Of a stretch of DNA of 45,560 bases, positions 1 through 11,715 are shown piece after piece (position 1 is the stretch's first letter; each line of letters starts with the position of its first letter). The position numbers were made by a program, and so were the translations under genes. The stretch spans positions 149,327 through 194,886 of the forward strand of contig NIVC01002190.1 of NCBI GenBank assembly GCA_002269645.1, read 5' to 3'. The notes under the pieces are model-generated. The model had not been told where the DNA came from. It saw nothing but the letters and a program-made list of their open reading frames with translations, and did not search any database. Source of the stretch: Macrostomum lignano. Taxonomy: Eukaryota.

Positions 1-180
1 GACAAGAGATGAGATAAGAGAGATGAAAGAGAAGAGAGATGAGGGAAGATACGAGAGAAGAGGGGAAAAGGAGAGAGGAGAGAGGAGAGACGAGGGACGA
101 GAGAGATGAGAGGAAACAAAGAGACGATAGAAATTTTAAAGGATCCAAGGGACGTAGGAGAGTCAGGGAGAGACCAGAGT
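1..180. repeat. GA-rich low-complexity (polypurine) tract, truncated by the window edge
   Basis: Almost exclusively G/A with GAGA runs; same composition as 31290-31790. The 39..314 ORF is a by-product. Confidence 0.7.
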
Positions 181-302
181 TTAGCAATATATGTTTTAGA
201 GTCAGACAGACATTGCCTGACATTCTGCGCAGTACCCAGCCAACAATGTCTCAAACCCTAATTTTACACGAATGTGCTCCATTTAATGTCTACCTCTATC
301 CT

Positions 303-417
303 ACTAACTATTAACAAGTTTTTGTTTGTGTATGGCCTTAGACTTCAGAATACATGCAAAAGTAGTTCCGGGTATTGGAATTCCCCGGGTTCAAAATCCG
401 CGGGTTTCAACAGCTTG
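303..417 (+). repeat. Dispersed repeat, second copy at 31843-31956
   Basis: ctaactattaacaagtttttgttt...atgcaaaagtagttccggg...cagcttg aligns by eye with ctaactgttaacaagtttttgttt...atgcaaaaatagttccggg...cagcttg; both copies follow a GA-rich tract. Confidence 0.7.
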
Positions 418-795
418 TAATTTTTATAAATTATAGACTTTTCATTGGCTTAGATCTAGAACGGTAAGAGTCAGAGAGAGAGATCTGAAATTTAAGTGTT
501 ATGAAAGTTTTGTTGAGGCATTTTTCTGAAATCAATCACATGCCTACCTAGATACCGCCGAATCATTTTTAGTATGGTATATGTGGATGGATTGATTGTG
601 TAGCCTAGGCCTATTATAGTCAGGCCTAGTCCCCCTATATGCCTACGTGCCTTCGTTTTTGTTTGCTTAATATATCAAATGATATTTATATAAACTTCTA
701 AGTTCTAGGCTTATTTTTCTAGAGCTAGAGGGCCAAATGTAGATGTAGATATAGGCCTAGTCTATAATATAATCCAAAAAGTATGATTAATCTCT

Positions 796-1205
796 TAATA
801 TTATTGAAGAGCTTGCGTGCATGGCAGCCGTTCACGTAAGCTCAGAATTGCGTGCACGGCGGCTATCTACCTAGTGCTTTATTTGCATGTATGCAGCCGT
901 ACACCTAGTGTTGTAATTGCATGCACGGCAGCCGGCAATTGGCCGGGACTGGGCCCTTAAATCCACGCATTGGCATTGGCAAACCTGATTAAAAAATATT
1001 TTTACTATATTGTTTTATAATGTTTTATCCCCCGTACACCATGGACTGCAAATGTAATCTTAATTCATTGTTTTTTTGTTAACTTGAATATTAATTCGAA
1101 TAGTATATGACTTACTGTATAAGCCTATAAGATATAGCTCTGCCGTGCACGCAATTCTGAGCTTACGTGAATGGCGGCCGTGCACGCAAGCTCTTCGTAA
1201 TATTA
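796..1205. mobile_element. Foldback MITE with ~65-bp terminal inverted repeats
   Basis: 796-860 is the reverse complement of 1142-1205 with about 4 differences. The outermost TA may be a TA target duplication. Confidence 0.65.
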
Positions 1206-1284
1206 TTTAAGCCTAAATTATTAGTCTACATTTAACATTTAATATACATAATGATATTTTGCAATTTTTAGCATAGCTTAGCAT

Positions 1285-1578
1285 CCCTATTGCAGCCAAT
1301 GGCCATTTTTGTGGACGGCATCCGGCGCGGATTTTGGCCTGGCAGCGGCGTGGCGCGCGGCGGTGGCGGTGGCACGCGGTGGCATGGCGTGTGGCGGCGC
1401 GCGGCAGCGTGGCGCGGGGGCATGGGAGAGGGGTGCGGGGCACACGTGAGGAGGGGCATAGAGGGTTATATTGAAGCAAATCACTGATCCTGGGGACTGG
1501 CCCTGGCGCGGTACGAGTAGATGTCTGGCGCGGGAAAGGGGGGCGTCCGGCGTGGTTCAGACCTTGGCTGCAATAGGG
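1285..1578. mobile_element. 294-bp GC-rich non-autonomous TIR element with 8-bp TSD
   Basis: Perfect 15-bp TIRs CCCTATTGCAGCCAA (1285-1299) / TTGGCTGCAATAGGG (1564-1578), flanked by CTTAGCAT at 1277-1284 and 1579-1586. Confidence 0.8.
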
Positions 1579-2703
1579 CTTAGCATTATTATATTATTAT
1601 AAATTAGACCTATAGTATTAGGCCCTATTACACATAGATATACATTATGATCTTGATAGGCTATTTAAATCTTTAGATCTTAGTTTCCTAATAAAAAATC
1701 CTAATTGTAATATAATTTTATTACAAAATTACAAAAATTAATCACAAATTTTGTCCTTTTTTACCTTTTTGAATTTTTTTAAATATCAAATATCAAACCT
1801 ATTTAGAAGTAGAACTAGATTAGATGGATTGAAATAACTCATTTATAGTATAGGCTAAAGCTAAGCCTAGGGCCTAGATATTTGCAACCTAAATCTTACC
1901 TAGTCTGCTAGTCAATTTGATAGTCTATTAATATGCTATATATCTATACCATGTGGCTAGGCTAGGCCTATATGTAAAAAACCTTATTGCAACATTGTTC
2001 TACTTTTTCTAAAGTATAGTTATATAAAAAAAGCCTTTTTATAATATTTAAAATTTATTTTATATATAATTTAAATATTCTTTTTCTTTTTATAATTTAT
2101 TCTATAAAAGTTTTTTCTTTCTTTTATTTTTCTCTTAGGCCTATTTATAAAATTCTCTATCTTTTTACCTTGTATATTCTAGATTAGCCAAGATGACTAG
2201 ATATTATATATATTATAAATTAAATCTCTATCTATGTACTAAGATAGGGATCTCAATCTAATCTAATCTCAATTTAATTTTAATTAAAATCTATTATTCT
2301 AATCTTCTCTTACCTTTAGACCTACAAAGAAATTTTAGAATATATATATTTTTGAAACCAAAGGATATTATTAATAGATAACAACCTAGCACAAATTAAA
2401 ATTTGATTAATATAAATTCATTTTTTATAGGCATTGGCAAATATCTATATATTGACTAGCAAAGAAAGAAAAGGTTATTGGTTTTGCCTAGTGCAACTTC
2501 TACATTTATTTGGTATATTTGAAGAATCATCTGGCACAATTCAACCCTTGGCTACAATAGGAGGTATGCAAACTAATTTAATTTAAGTTTAATTTGACAT
2601 TTTTCTTTTTTATCTTAAAAGAAAAAAGATAAAAAACAATCCTTAGTAAAATTAAAAGTTTTGTATCCTTAGTAAAATGAGACAGTTACAAAATTTCTGA
2701 TAA

Positions 2704-3117
<414 letters not shown>

Positions 3118-3213
3118 TCAATTGAGAAGCTGTCTGATAGACTCTGTGCTTGAATAGTTGACAGTGCAAGATTTTAGCAGCTGCCTGCAGCTGATTGGGC
3201 TTATTGAATCAAA

Positions 3214-3219
3214 AATAAA
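3214..3219 (+). terminator. Candidate polyadenylation signal AATAAA of UBA52
   Basis: AATAAA about 97 nt after the stop codon. Confidence 0.5.
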
Positions 3220-3499
3220 GATCACTGGATGTGTAGAAAATGATATTGCAGAAATCGCCTTCTATTGTTTGTTTATTTTTATACATGTACTACTTGACTA
3301 AGTATACAGTAGCGTAGCGTCGCCTGGATCGGCTTAAGACTCGTCTTAATTGTGCAACCTGCAGCTTGAATTGAATTCAGTAAGATCTGGCGCGTATAGG
3401 ATAAGATAATCATCAACCCGAATCGGATGTGGTCCCTATGGATATGAATATTATGTGGTCTACTGTAACTTTTGCTCCGTATCATATATTAGAGCCATA

Positions 3500-3945
3500 C
3501 CTACCCATGCCCCATCCCATACCCATGCCCCATCCCATACCCATGCTCCATACCCATGTCCCATCCCATACCCAACACATACCCATGCCCTATCCCATAC
3601 CCATGCCCCATCCCATACCCAACACATACCCATGCCCTATCCCATACCCAACACATACCCATGCCCTATCCCATACCCATGCCCTATCCCATACCCAACA
3701 CATACCCATGCCCTATCCCTTACCCATCCCATAACCATGCCCCATCCCATACCCATGCCCCATCCCATACCCATGCCCCATCCCATAACCATGCCCCATC
3801 CCATACCCATGCCCCATCCCATACCCATGCCCCATCCCATACCCATGCCCCATCCCATACCCATGCCCCATCCCATACCCATGCCCCATCCCATAACCAT
3901 GCTCCATACCCATGTCCCATCCCATATTCATAACCCATTCCCCAT
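3500..3945. repeat. 18-bp minisatellite (CCCATCCCATACCCATGC)n
   Basis: About 24 near-identical units; the PMPHPI/APSHTH ORFs are its translations. Confidence 0.95.
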
Positions 3946-4774
3946 ACCGTATTCTTAATCCAATGCTCAAAGTTCATAACCTTATATGCAAGCTTAATGC
4001 CATCACATGACCTGTCAATCCTGCATCCGATGCCGAGTTGTTATCCAGTTTTTTGCAACACTTATCGCAATACGTGATGAATATTAGTGAACTGAATCAT
4101 TTTGATGATTTGAATTTTACATACAGAAGGGTGGGCCAGGAAACACGAGATAAGTTGCAACGTAGCATCGTAAGTTGCAACTTGAAGCAGGCATGGCTCA
4201 ATACATGTAGGGCTGTGCCAATTTGGCTACAACTGTTACTGGCCTTGATTTAGAGCCATACGCTTCGATTTGGAATGGAGCTGCTCAACCATGGATGCTG
4301 TGGCTTGAACCTTAATGCCGTGTGAATGCTGGTCAGATGGTCAAATAAGAGTCTTGTTGCAAAAGTTTCCGGATTGTGTTCACTGTGAACGACTGGAATG
4401 TTCGAATTAGCCCAAGCTGTTTTGCAAATCTGCTCTTATATTGAGTGGTAAAGCTGCGCCAAAACGACTTGAAATGCTGAGCAAAACTTATACCAATTTT
4501 AAACGTGCTAGCATGGGTTTTACAAAACCATTTGGAAATTGAAATTGTCACCTATTATAAGTTTGTCATGTTCAGCATGTCAAAACGTTTTGTAGTTTTA
4601 CCATACTCGTCTATTGGCCAACCTTTTGTTGTCTTGCACTCTTGAGGTTGAACAAGAGGCGGGGATTTTCAAATTTTACTTAAATGCCTTAACATGCATG
4701 TACATCTATGATAACATTGAGATTGGCTGTATAAAATCAATTATCTTTTTAAAACCCGCGGTTGCGGGCGCCCC

Positions 4775-4875
4775 GGGGTCGCACAGCAGCAGGCAGATCA
4801 CGCTATTGACGGGTTCGCATTTTGCCCCTGTCTAAGTGGCCCTGCAAGATGAGTAGCAAAGCTTCCTGTACGAGC
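4775..4875 (-). mobile_element. Old fragment of an RTE-like LINE (end of the RT ORF)
   Basis: Minus strand reads VQEALLLILQGHLDRGKMRTR, matching VQDVLLLTLQGPFRRGQARTR of the LINE at ~17390-17460. Shared DNA words include ttgcagggcc, cgaacccgtc and ctgcctgc. Confidence 0.55.
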
Positions 4876-5356
4876 GTAACTGCAGTTCAGCCCGGATCCC
4901 ATGAAAACTGACAGGGAAGCAAAGACTTTGCAAAGATCCGCTCCATTAGTTTTTAAGGCAGCACAACATTGCTGGTGTGATGTATTGTTATTGTAATTAA
5001 CAATATATTTACGGACAGGAGATGAGCGTATAATTTAATCTGTTTATTAAATGTAACTCTGGGAAATTAAATGTAAACTGGGAAAATTTGTCTGCAGATG
5101 GACAAAAAAGTACAATTAGTTCTGAAAACATTTGCGATAAGGTTGGGTGCTGTGTGGTGCATCCGACAACACATATTGGACACAAATTAAGTGAATATTA
5201 AGCGAAAGCTCAGAAATTTGAAGCTTAAGCTGCTATATTTTATCTATGGCATGGGGTATTGAAGCAAAAGTCTGACTTAAAACTTTACTAAAAAGTTTAC
5301 TAAAGATGCTGATGTGTCTGCAAAAACTAACTCTTCCTAAATACTAACTTCGATCA

Positions 5357-5803
5357 CTCCCTAAATCCTAAGCCCCACTCTCCCTGAATCCCAAGCTCCC
5401 TCAATACCAAGCCTCACTCTCCCTGAATCCCAAGTCCCACTCTCCCTGAATCCCAAGCCCCTGCACTCTCTCTGAATCCCAAGCCCCTGCACTCTCCCTG
5501 AATCCCAAGCCCCACTCTCCCTGAATCCCAAGCCCCTGCACTCTCCCTGAATCCCAAGCCCCTGCACTCTCCCTGAATCCCAAGCCCCTGCACTCTCCCT
5601 GAATCCCAAGTCCCACTCTCCCTGAATCCCAAGCCCCTGCACTCTCTCTGAATCCCAAGTCCCACTCTCCCTGAATCCCAAGCCCCTGCACTCTCTCTGA
5701 ATCCCAAGCCCCACTCTCCCTGAATCCCAAGCCCCACTCTCCCTGAATCCCAAGCCCCACTCTCCCTGAATCCCAAGCCCCACTCTCCCTGAATCCCAAG
5801 CCC
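5357..5803. repeat. 23/25-bp minisatellite (CCCCACTCTCCCTGAATCCCAAG)n
   Basis: About 18 units with CCCCTGCACTC variants; abuts the ankyrin gene stop codon. Confidence 0.95.
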
Positions 5804-6349
5804 TAGTTCGATCTGCCGCTTCTCGCCCGCCCGTTCTCCTCTCCTGAGCTCCTGAAGTCGTCGTCCCGGCCGACGCTGCCAACCCGCGTGGTCAGGGTGG
5901 AGCTCCTGGAAGCCCGCACCTCGCCGAGGGCCTCCCGCTCGGTCGGGCCGGACGAAGCCGATGATCCGCTATCGTCGTCGTCATCGTCGTCCACTTCGCT
6001 GCAGCTGCCGCTGGCGTCGAGCGGCAGGGGTTCGCCCCGGCCTCGCCTGGCCGCCGTCTGCCTGTCGGCGCTGAACGGCGCCACCTCCGGCGTGGTGCAG
6101 CCCTGCGCCCGGGCCCATTGCTCGGGGTTGCGCCCGAACTCGGGTCAGCCCGGGTCACCGAGGCGCGGCCCTCGCTGGCCAGCAGGCCGGCGCATTCGAG
6201 GAACCCGCCGCGGGCGGCGATGAGCAGAGCGGTGCAGCCAGCCCTGTTGCACCTGTCCGGGTCGAGGCCCAGCCGGCGGAAGCACTTCAGCAGCACCACA
6301 ATGCCGGAGTCGTTTCCGACGCGGGCGCAGTGCATCAGCGGAGTGTTGC
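5803..6349 (-). CDS. ANKRD63: ANKRD63-like ankyrin-repeat protein, exon 3 (one-base frameshift at ~6142)
   Basis: Phase-1 acceptor ccgcag|GC gives DKDG-NTPLMHCARVG...KCFRRLGLDPDRCNRAGCTALLIAARGG; the FRRLGL..D..NRAG.TAL motif is recalled from ANKRD63. Adding one base at 6141-6144 gives ADPEFGRNPEQWARAQG...GRSN* (TAG 5803-5805). Confidence 0.75.
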
Positions 6350-6473
6350 CTGCGGCCGGGTCGATAATGGCACCAATCCAAATGAAATTGCGGGTTCATT
6401 TTACTGCAGCCTCTTAAGTAACAGGCCTGCAGTAAAAGCAGACCCACAGAGGCCAGACGGAGGGACATCGCTA

Positions 6474-6815
6474 GAAATCTACCGACACAGACAGAAATCT
6501 GCGGACACAGGCAGAAATCTACCGACAGACAGAAATCTAAGGACACAGACAGAAAGCTACCGACACAGACAGAAATCTAAGGACACAGACAGAAATCTAA
6601 GGACACAGACAGAAATCTAAGGACACAGACAGAAATCTAAGGACACAGACAGAAATCTACGGACACAGACAGAAATCTAAGGACACAGACAGAAATCTAA
6701 GGACACAGACAGAAATCTACGGACACAGACAGAAATCTAAGGACACAGACAGAAATCTAAGGACACAGACAGAAATCTAAGGACACAGACAGAAATCTAA
6801 GGACACAGACAGATA
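6474..6815. repeat. 20-bp intronic minisatellite (GGACACAGACAGAAATCTAA)n
   Basis: About 16 units inside ankyrin intron 2. Confidence 0.95.
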
Positions 6816-7769
6816 CAGAGGCATACCGATCGTATTTACAGAGAGCGTACAGAGAGTTGATGTGCACCTGTCCAGAATCGTAAACAGATAAATTTAGTCC
6901 CAGCTAATTTTCTTGATTACGAAAAAAGACGGCCTCAAAGAGGGCAGCGAAAATGAATAGGGAAGATCAGACAGAGCACCTTCCCCACTTTTCTTTTTTC
7001 CTCCAAAGAAAAGAGCGGAGCAGAAACTGGTGCCCGGAGAAAGATCGGCTCTACTCAAGAGCCGCGGAGTGCCATCAGCCATGGGAGCTCGGGCTGCTAA
7101 TTGCGGCAAAGTGACTTCCTGCAGCTGGCCCTGTGCGTGACGGAGCCACAGCCTCTGCTTCTAGGAGCAGTAAGGTAAGAAAGCTGATCGGGAGTCGGAG
7201 AAGCAAAAGGAAGCCAGGGGAGTTGCCATGGAGACCGAAGAGAGGAGACTCAGCTCGCAGACCCGGCGTAGAGTCCAGGCAGCAGGCTGCAGCCGGCCTC
7301 GGGGATCTCCCCCTCCCCCACCTGAGAAGGAAGTTGCTGCAGGCCAGGGCGGGAGAGGCGAGTGCTCAAGTTTGCTGTTTCCCGGGAGAGGAGCTCAGAG
7401 AGACCGAGCCGGGCTGCCGCCATCCTTAATCCGGCCGAACTCGAAGTTCTTCCCAAGAAACTGCTTGTTTCGCACCACCGCCTCCCCCTCATCGGAGCTC
7501 TTCTGCCCAGGGGAGCAGCCGGTAGCTGCTTGCCCGGCTCTGCAGCAATGCGGCAGAAAATTAGAGAGGAGAGGAAAAGCTCTAGTAAAATTCGGAACTG
7601 GAAGAGGGCGAATTGCAATTGCAACAGGAGAGCCAAGGAGACCAGTGGAAGGTAAAGAGTTTCGGAGGCGATGACAGGTGACAGGACGAGAGCAGCAAAC
7701 AAAAACGTCGCAAAAATGAATAATTCCAGTTGCTAAGTGGTTGCCATAAAGCATCCCAAAGCATCCCAC

Positions 7770-7944
7770 CGTCTTTGTCGGGCAGCTCCGGGTCCACGTT
7801 GTGCTTGACCAGCATCCGGACCACGTCGTTGCGCCGCAGCTCGCAGGCGTAGCTCAGAGCCGTCCTGCCCGAGTCGTCCTGCGAGTTCGGGTCGGCGCCA
7901 TGGCGCAGCAGCATCTCCATGATCCTCTGCCGGCACTTCTCTTC
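7770..7944 (-). CDS. ANKRD63: ANKRD63-like protein, exon 2
   Basis: cccacag|GAA (phase 0) to GAC G|GTGGGA (phase 1); EEKCRQRIMEMLLRHGADPNSQDDSGRTALSYACELRRNDVVRMLVKHNVDPELPDKD contains ankyrin consensus. Confidence 0.85.
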
Positions 7945-8009
7945 CTGTGGGTGCACCGGCTCTGCGTGCATTGGTCTGGAAACTGTTCCTGGGGCTTAGC
8001 CCCTACCAG

Positions 8010-8251
8010 AGCCCTACACTAATCCTACCAGAGCCCTACCCTAACCCTATCACAGATCTACACTAACCCTATCACATCCCTACACTAACCCTATCACAGA
8101 CCTACATTAACCCTATCACATCCCTACATTAACCCTATCACATCCCTACACTAACCCTATCACATCCCTACACTAACCCTATCACATCCCTACACTAACC
8201 CTATCACATCCCTACATTAACCCTATCACATCCCAACATTAACCCTATCAC
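8010..8251. repeat. 22-bp intronic minisatellite (TAACCCTATCACATCCCTACAC)n
   Basis: About 10 units next to the exon 2 acceptor in ankyrin intron 1. Confidence 0.9.
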
Positions 8252-8476
8252 AGTCAGCGGAATGGGCTGAATTGCCTCAGCGCTGTTGTGGGACAATGCA
8301 TCAAAAGGTGCTTCACACCCTTTTACAAAAAAATTTTTTTGACAATTAAAGGCATGTTAACAACGCCATCAACTGAGGCCAAGTTTAGTAAACACACGGC
8401 TTGTACGTCACCTGTACATTGCTGTTTCATTCTATGTCAATGCGAACGAGCCTCTGACTACAGTATTCAGTATTGA

Positions 8477-8978
8477 CTATAGCCTTGACTATACAGCCTT
8501 GATTAAAGCCTTGATTACAGCCTTGATTACAGCCTTGGCTACAGCCTTGACTATACAACCTTGATTACAGCCTTGGCTACAGCCTTGACTATACAACCTT
8601 GATTACAGCCTTGGCTACAGCCTTGACTATACAGCCTTGATTACAGACTTGGCTACAGCCTTGACTATACAGCCTTGGCTACAATACAGCCTTGATTACA
8701 GCCTTGGCTACAGCCTTGACTATACAGCCTTGATTACAGCCTTGACTATACAGCCTTGATTACAGCCTTGGCTACAGCCTTGACTATACAGCCTTGATTA
8801 CAGCCTTGGCTACAGCCTTGATTACAGCCTTGACTATACAGCCTTGATTACAGCCTTGGCTACAGCCTTGACAATACAGCCTTGGCTATACAGCCTTGAC
8901 AATACAGCCTTGACAATACAGCCTTGACAATACAGCCTTGACTATACAGCCTTGACTATAACCTTTACTACAGCCTTG
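8477..8978. repeat. 12/14-bp intronic minisatellite built on CAGCCTTG(ATTA|GCTA|ACTATA)
   Basis: Interleaved variants of a common CAGCCTTG core in ankyrin intron 1. Confidence 0.95.
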
Positions 8979-9376
8979 TCTAGAGCCCTTATAAAAACCC
9001 TGAAGCGAAACGCAAATCCTAGTCCTGCAGTAATTACAGCCGATTAAGGGCCTAGCCAGCCTCCCACACAAATTTCAGTGCTAATCAAAGCCTTAATTCC
9101 ACGCCTTAATCCCAACGCTACACTATCCCTATCAGCATTCTCGCCTTGGAAATTTCAGAATCCCGAATTCCCAGTCTGATTAAAAAATTCCATCCCTAGT
9201 TCGCGAGGTAAGCACCGCTGCTAAACCGCGAACACGGGCACGGTGTGGCAGCCCACTCTGTCTCCCTGCGCAGTCTGGGTGGTCCGGGCGGAGCCGACGG
9301 CCGTGACAGTAATTAATTAGCTAAAAAGCTCTCTGAGCCGCAGAAAAAAATGAGGGAAGCAAGGCCGGGCGCTTAC

Positions 9377-9652
9377 GGTGATGTACACGGCCCTGATGAG
9401 CGGCGTTTTGCCTTTGAAGTCGCGAAAGTTCGTGGCCACTTCTACTTCTTTTTCGCAGGCCTCCAGCAGAAACTTTACCAGATGGCTTTTGCCCCGGGTC
9501 ACCGCGTCCAGCAGGGCGTCGGCCGCGGACTCCATGCCCGGCACGTCGCGGGCGCAGCGCTCCTGCTGCTGCTGCTGGAGCAAGGGCGGCTGTAGCAGCG
9601 GCTTTGGAGTTGACTGCTGCTGCATCTGGCTTGGCTGCTGCTTACTGTTCAT
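9377..9652 (-). CDS. ANKRD63: ANKRD63-like protein, exon 1 (92 codons)
   Basis: ATG at 9652, Q-rich N-terminus, then ALLDAVTRGKSHLVKFLLE...GKTPLIRAVYIT and a phase-0 donor ACC|GTAAGC. Confidence 0.85.
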
Positions 9653-10116
9653 GGGGCTGCGCTGAGCTGTAGTTCCACCCGCCGGAGAGGTGAAGTGCAG
9701 TCTGTGTCACAGTCCGCTTCTGCCCCGCTGGCTACAGCATTTGAGAGATCGGGGAGCCCCACCCCCTCCAGCATCCCATTCGATCGTGCCTCATCTCCCC
9801 CAGTTAGCAATCAGCTGCCGGCCTCGCCTCCCCGCGCGCTCCCTTCGCAGGTGGGAGTGCGGAGGCCGGAGATGGCCAGGCGAATGCAGGGGACTCAAAT
9901 TCGACTGCAATTTGAGCAGCAGGTCACGCGGAAACTGGCGGCATACTCGCGCCAGCTCTCAATCGGCACGCGTCATTTCCGTTTCCATGGCAGCAAAACA
10001 CAGACCCCCGATTTTTTAGGCATATCGGCGCAAAAACTCGATGGGAATGAAGCAGACTGAGCCGGGCTCAAGCCACCCATCCCTCTCGAGCTGCCGTCAG
10101 GCTCTGCGATTTTTAA

Positions 10117-10247
10117 TCAGATTCTGCCCGGGATTGGCCGTTTTGCGCAGACAGGGGATTCTAATCTACAGACTGATTTGATATCTACAGGTGAACAGCC
10201 GTACTTCGTCATGTACTCTAAGTGATGAGGCATGAAGAACCATTCTC
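10117..10247 (-). CDS. Candidate 84-aa protein of unknown function, exon 4
   Basis: ccacag|GA GAA TGG TTC... reads (G)EWFFMPHHLEYMTKYGCSPVDIKSVCRLESPVCAKRPIPGRI*; in frame with exon 3 when the array is removed. Confidence 0.5.
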
Positions 10248-11455
10248 CTGTGGATGGAAGGGCGATTCTCCTGTGGATGGAAGGGCGATTCTCCTGTGGA
10301 TTGAAGGGCGATTCTCCTGTGGATGGAAGGCGATTCTCCTGTGAATGGAAGGGCGATTCTCCTGTGGATGGAAGGGCGATTCTCCTGTGGATGGAAGGGC
10401 GATTCTCCTGTGGATGGAAGGGCGATTCTCCTGGTGGATGGAAGGCGATTCTCCCGTGGATGGAAGGGCGATTCTCCTGGTGGATGGAAGGGCGATTCTC
10501 CTGTGGATGGAAGGCGATTCTCCTGTGAATGGAAGGGCGATTCTCCTGTGGATGGAAGGGCGATTCTCCTGTGGATGGAAGGGCGATTCTCCTGTGGATG
10601 GAAGGGCAAATCTCCTGGTGGATGGAAGGCGATTCTCCGTGGATGGAAGGGCGATTCTCCTGGTGGATGGAAGGGCGATTCTCCTGTGGATGGAAGGGCG
10701 ATTCTCCTGTGGATGGAAGGGCGATTCTCCTGTGGATGGAAGGGCGATTCTCCTGTGGATGGAAGGGCGATTCTCCTGTGGATGGAAGGGCGATTCTCCT
10801 GTGGATGGAAGGGCGATTCTCCTGTGGATGGAAGGGCGATTCTCCTGGTGGATGGAAGGGCGATTCTCCTGGTGGATGGAAGGGCGATTCTCCTGTGGAT
10901 GGAAGGGCGATTCTCCTGTGGATGGAAGGGCGATTCTCCTGTGGATGGAAGGCGATTCTCCTGTGGATGGAAGGGCGATTCTCCTGGTGGATGGAAGGGC
11001 GATTCTCCTGGTGGATGGAAGGGCGATTCTCCTGTGGATGGAAGGGCGATTCTCCTGGTGGATGGAAGGGCGATTCTCCTGGTGGATGGAAGGGCGATTC
11101 TCCTGTGGATGGAAGGGCGATTCTCCTGTGGATGGAAGGGCGATTCTCCTGTTGGATGGAAGGGCGATTCTCCTGTGGATGGAAGGGCGATTCTCCTGGT
11201 GGATGGAAGGGCGATTCTCCTGTGGATGGAAGGGCGATTCTCCTGGTGGATGGAAGGGCGATTCTCCTGGTGGATGGAAGGCGATTCTCCTGTGGATGGA
11301 AGGGCGATTCTCCTGTGGATGGAAGGGCGATTCTCCTGTGGATGGAAGGGCGATTCTCCTGTGGATGGAAGGGCGATTCTCCTGGTGGATGGAAGGGCGA
11401 TTCTCCTGTGGATGGAAGGGCGATTCTCCTGGTGGATGGAAGGGCGATTCTCCTG
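10243..11455. repeat. 23-bp minisatellite (GGATGGAAGGGCGATTCTCCTGT)n with 22- and 24-bp variants
   Basis: About 52 units; the 300-440 aa ORFs on both strands are repeat translations. Confidence 0.97.
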
Positions 11456-11518
11456 GTGTGTTGAATTCATCAAGATCGAATCCAACTTTCGAGTAGTCCG
11501 CAGGTTTTCTCAACGAGA
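11453..11518 (-). CDS. Candidate 84-aa protein, exon 3
   Basis: Acceptor cacttaatctcctcag| with a branch-like CTTAAT; reads ISLRKPADYSKVGFDLDEFNTP(G); the 3' boundary CCAG|GA is non-canonical. Confidence 0.55.
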
Positions 11519-11601
11519 CTGAGGAGATTAAGTGACGCATGAATATTTCAGTTTAGCAAGCGCAGGTAAAAATCAAAAGGCACTCAGAAAACAAGCCTTA
11601 C

Positions 11602-11649
11602 TCGATTTGCTTTTTGTTCCAAGCCGCCGCTCTAAGCAATTGTCCAACA
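11602..11649 (-). CDS. Candidate 84-aa protein, exon 2
   Basis: gatttcag|TG (phase 1) to A|GTAAGG (phase 1); reads (V)LDNCLERRLGTKSKS; followed by an 83-nt intron. Confidence 0.55.
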
Positions 11650-11715
11650 CTGAAATCACAGCTGCCAGCCCGTGAAGCAGTCAGTCTGCAGAGCAGCTGT
11701 CGGCTCTCTACTAAC

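Noticed and set aside
3429-3977. Pro/His-rich and Gly/Met-rich ORFs (likewise at 5361-5882, 14288-14715, 20693-21404, 40263-41145, 41968-42665)
   Set aside because: All are minisatellite translations without unique coding flanks.
3489-4261. 12-bp direct repeat TTAGAGCCATAC (3489-3500, 4250-4261) as a TSD
   Set aside because: No TIRs, tail or LTRs between the copies; could be chance.
10166-11540. 300-440 aa ORFs on both strands
   Set aside because: They are translations of a stop-free 23-bp unit; only the unique flanks look coding.
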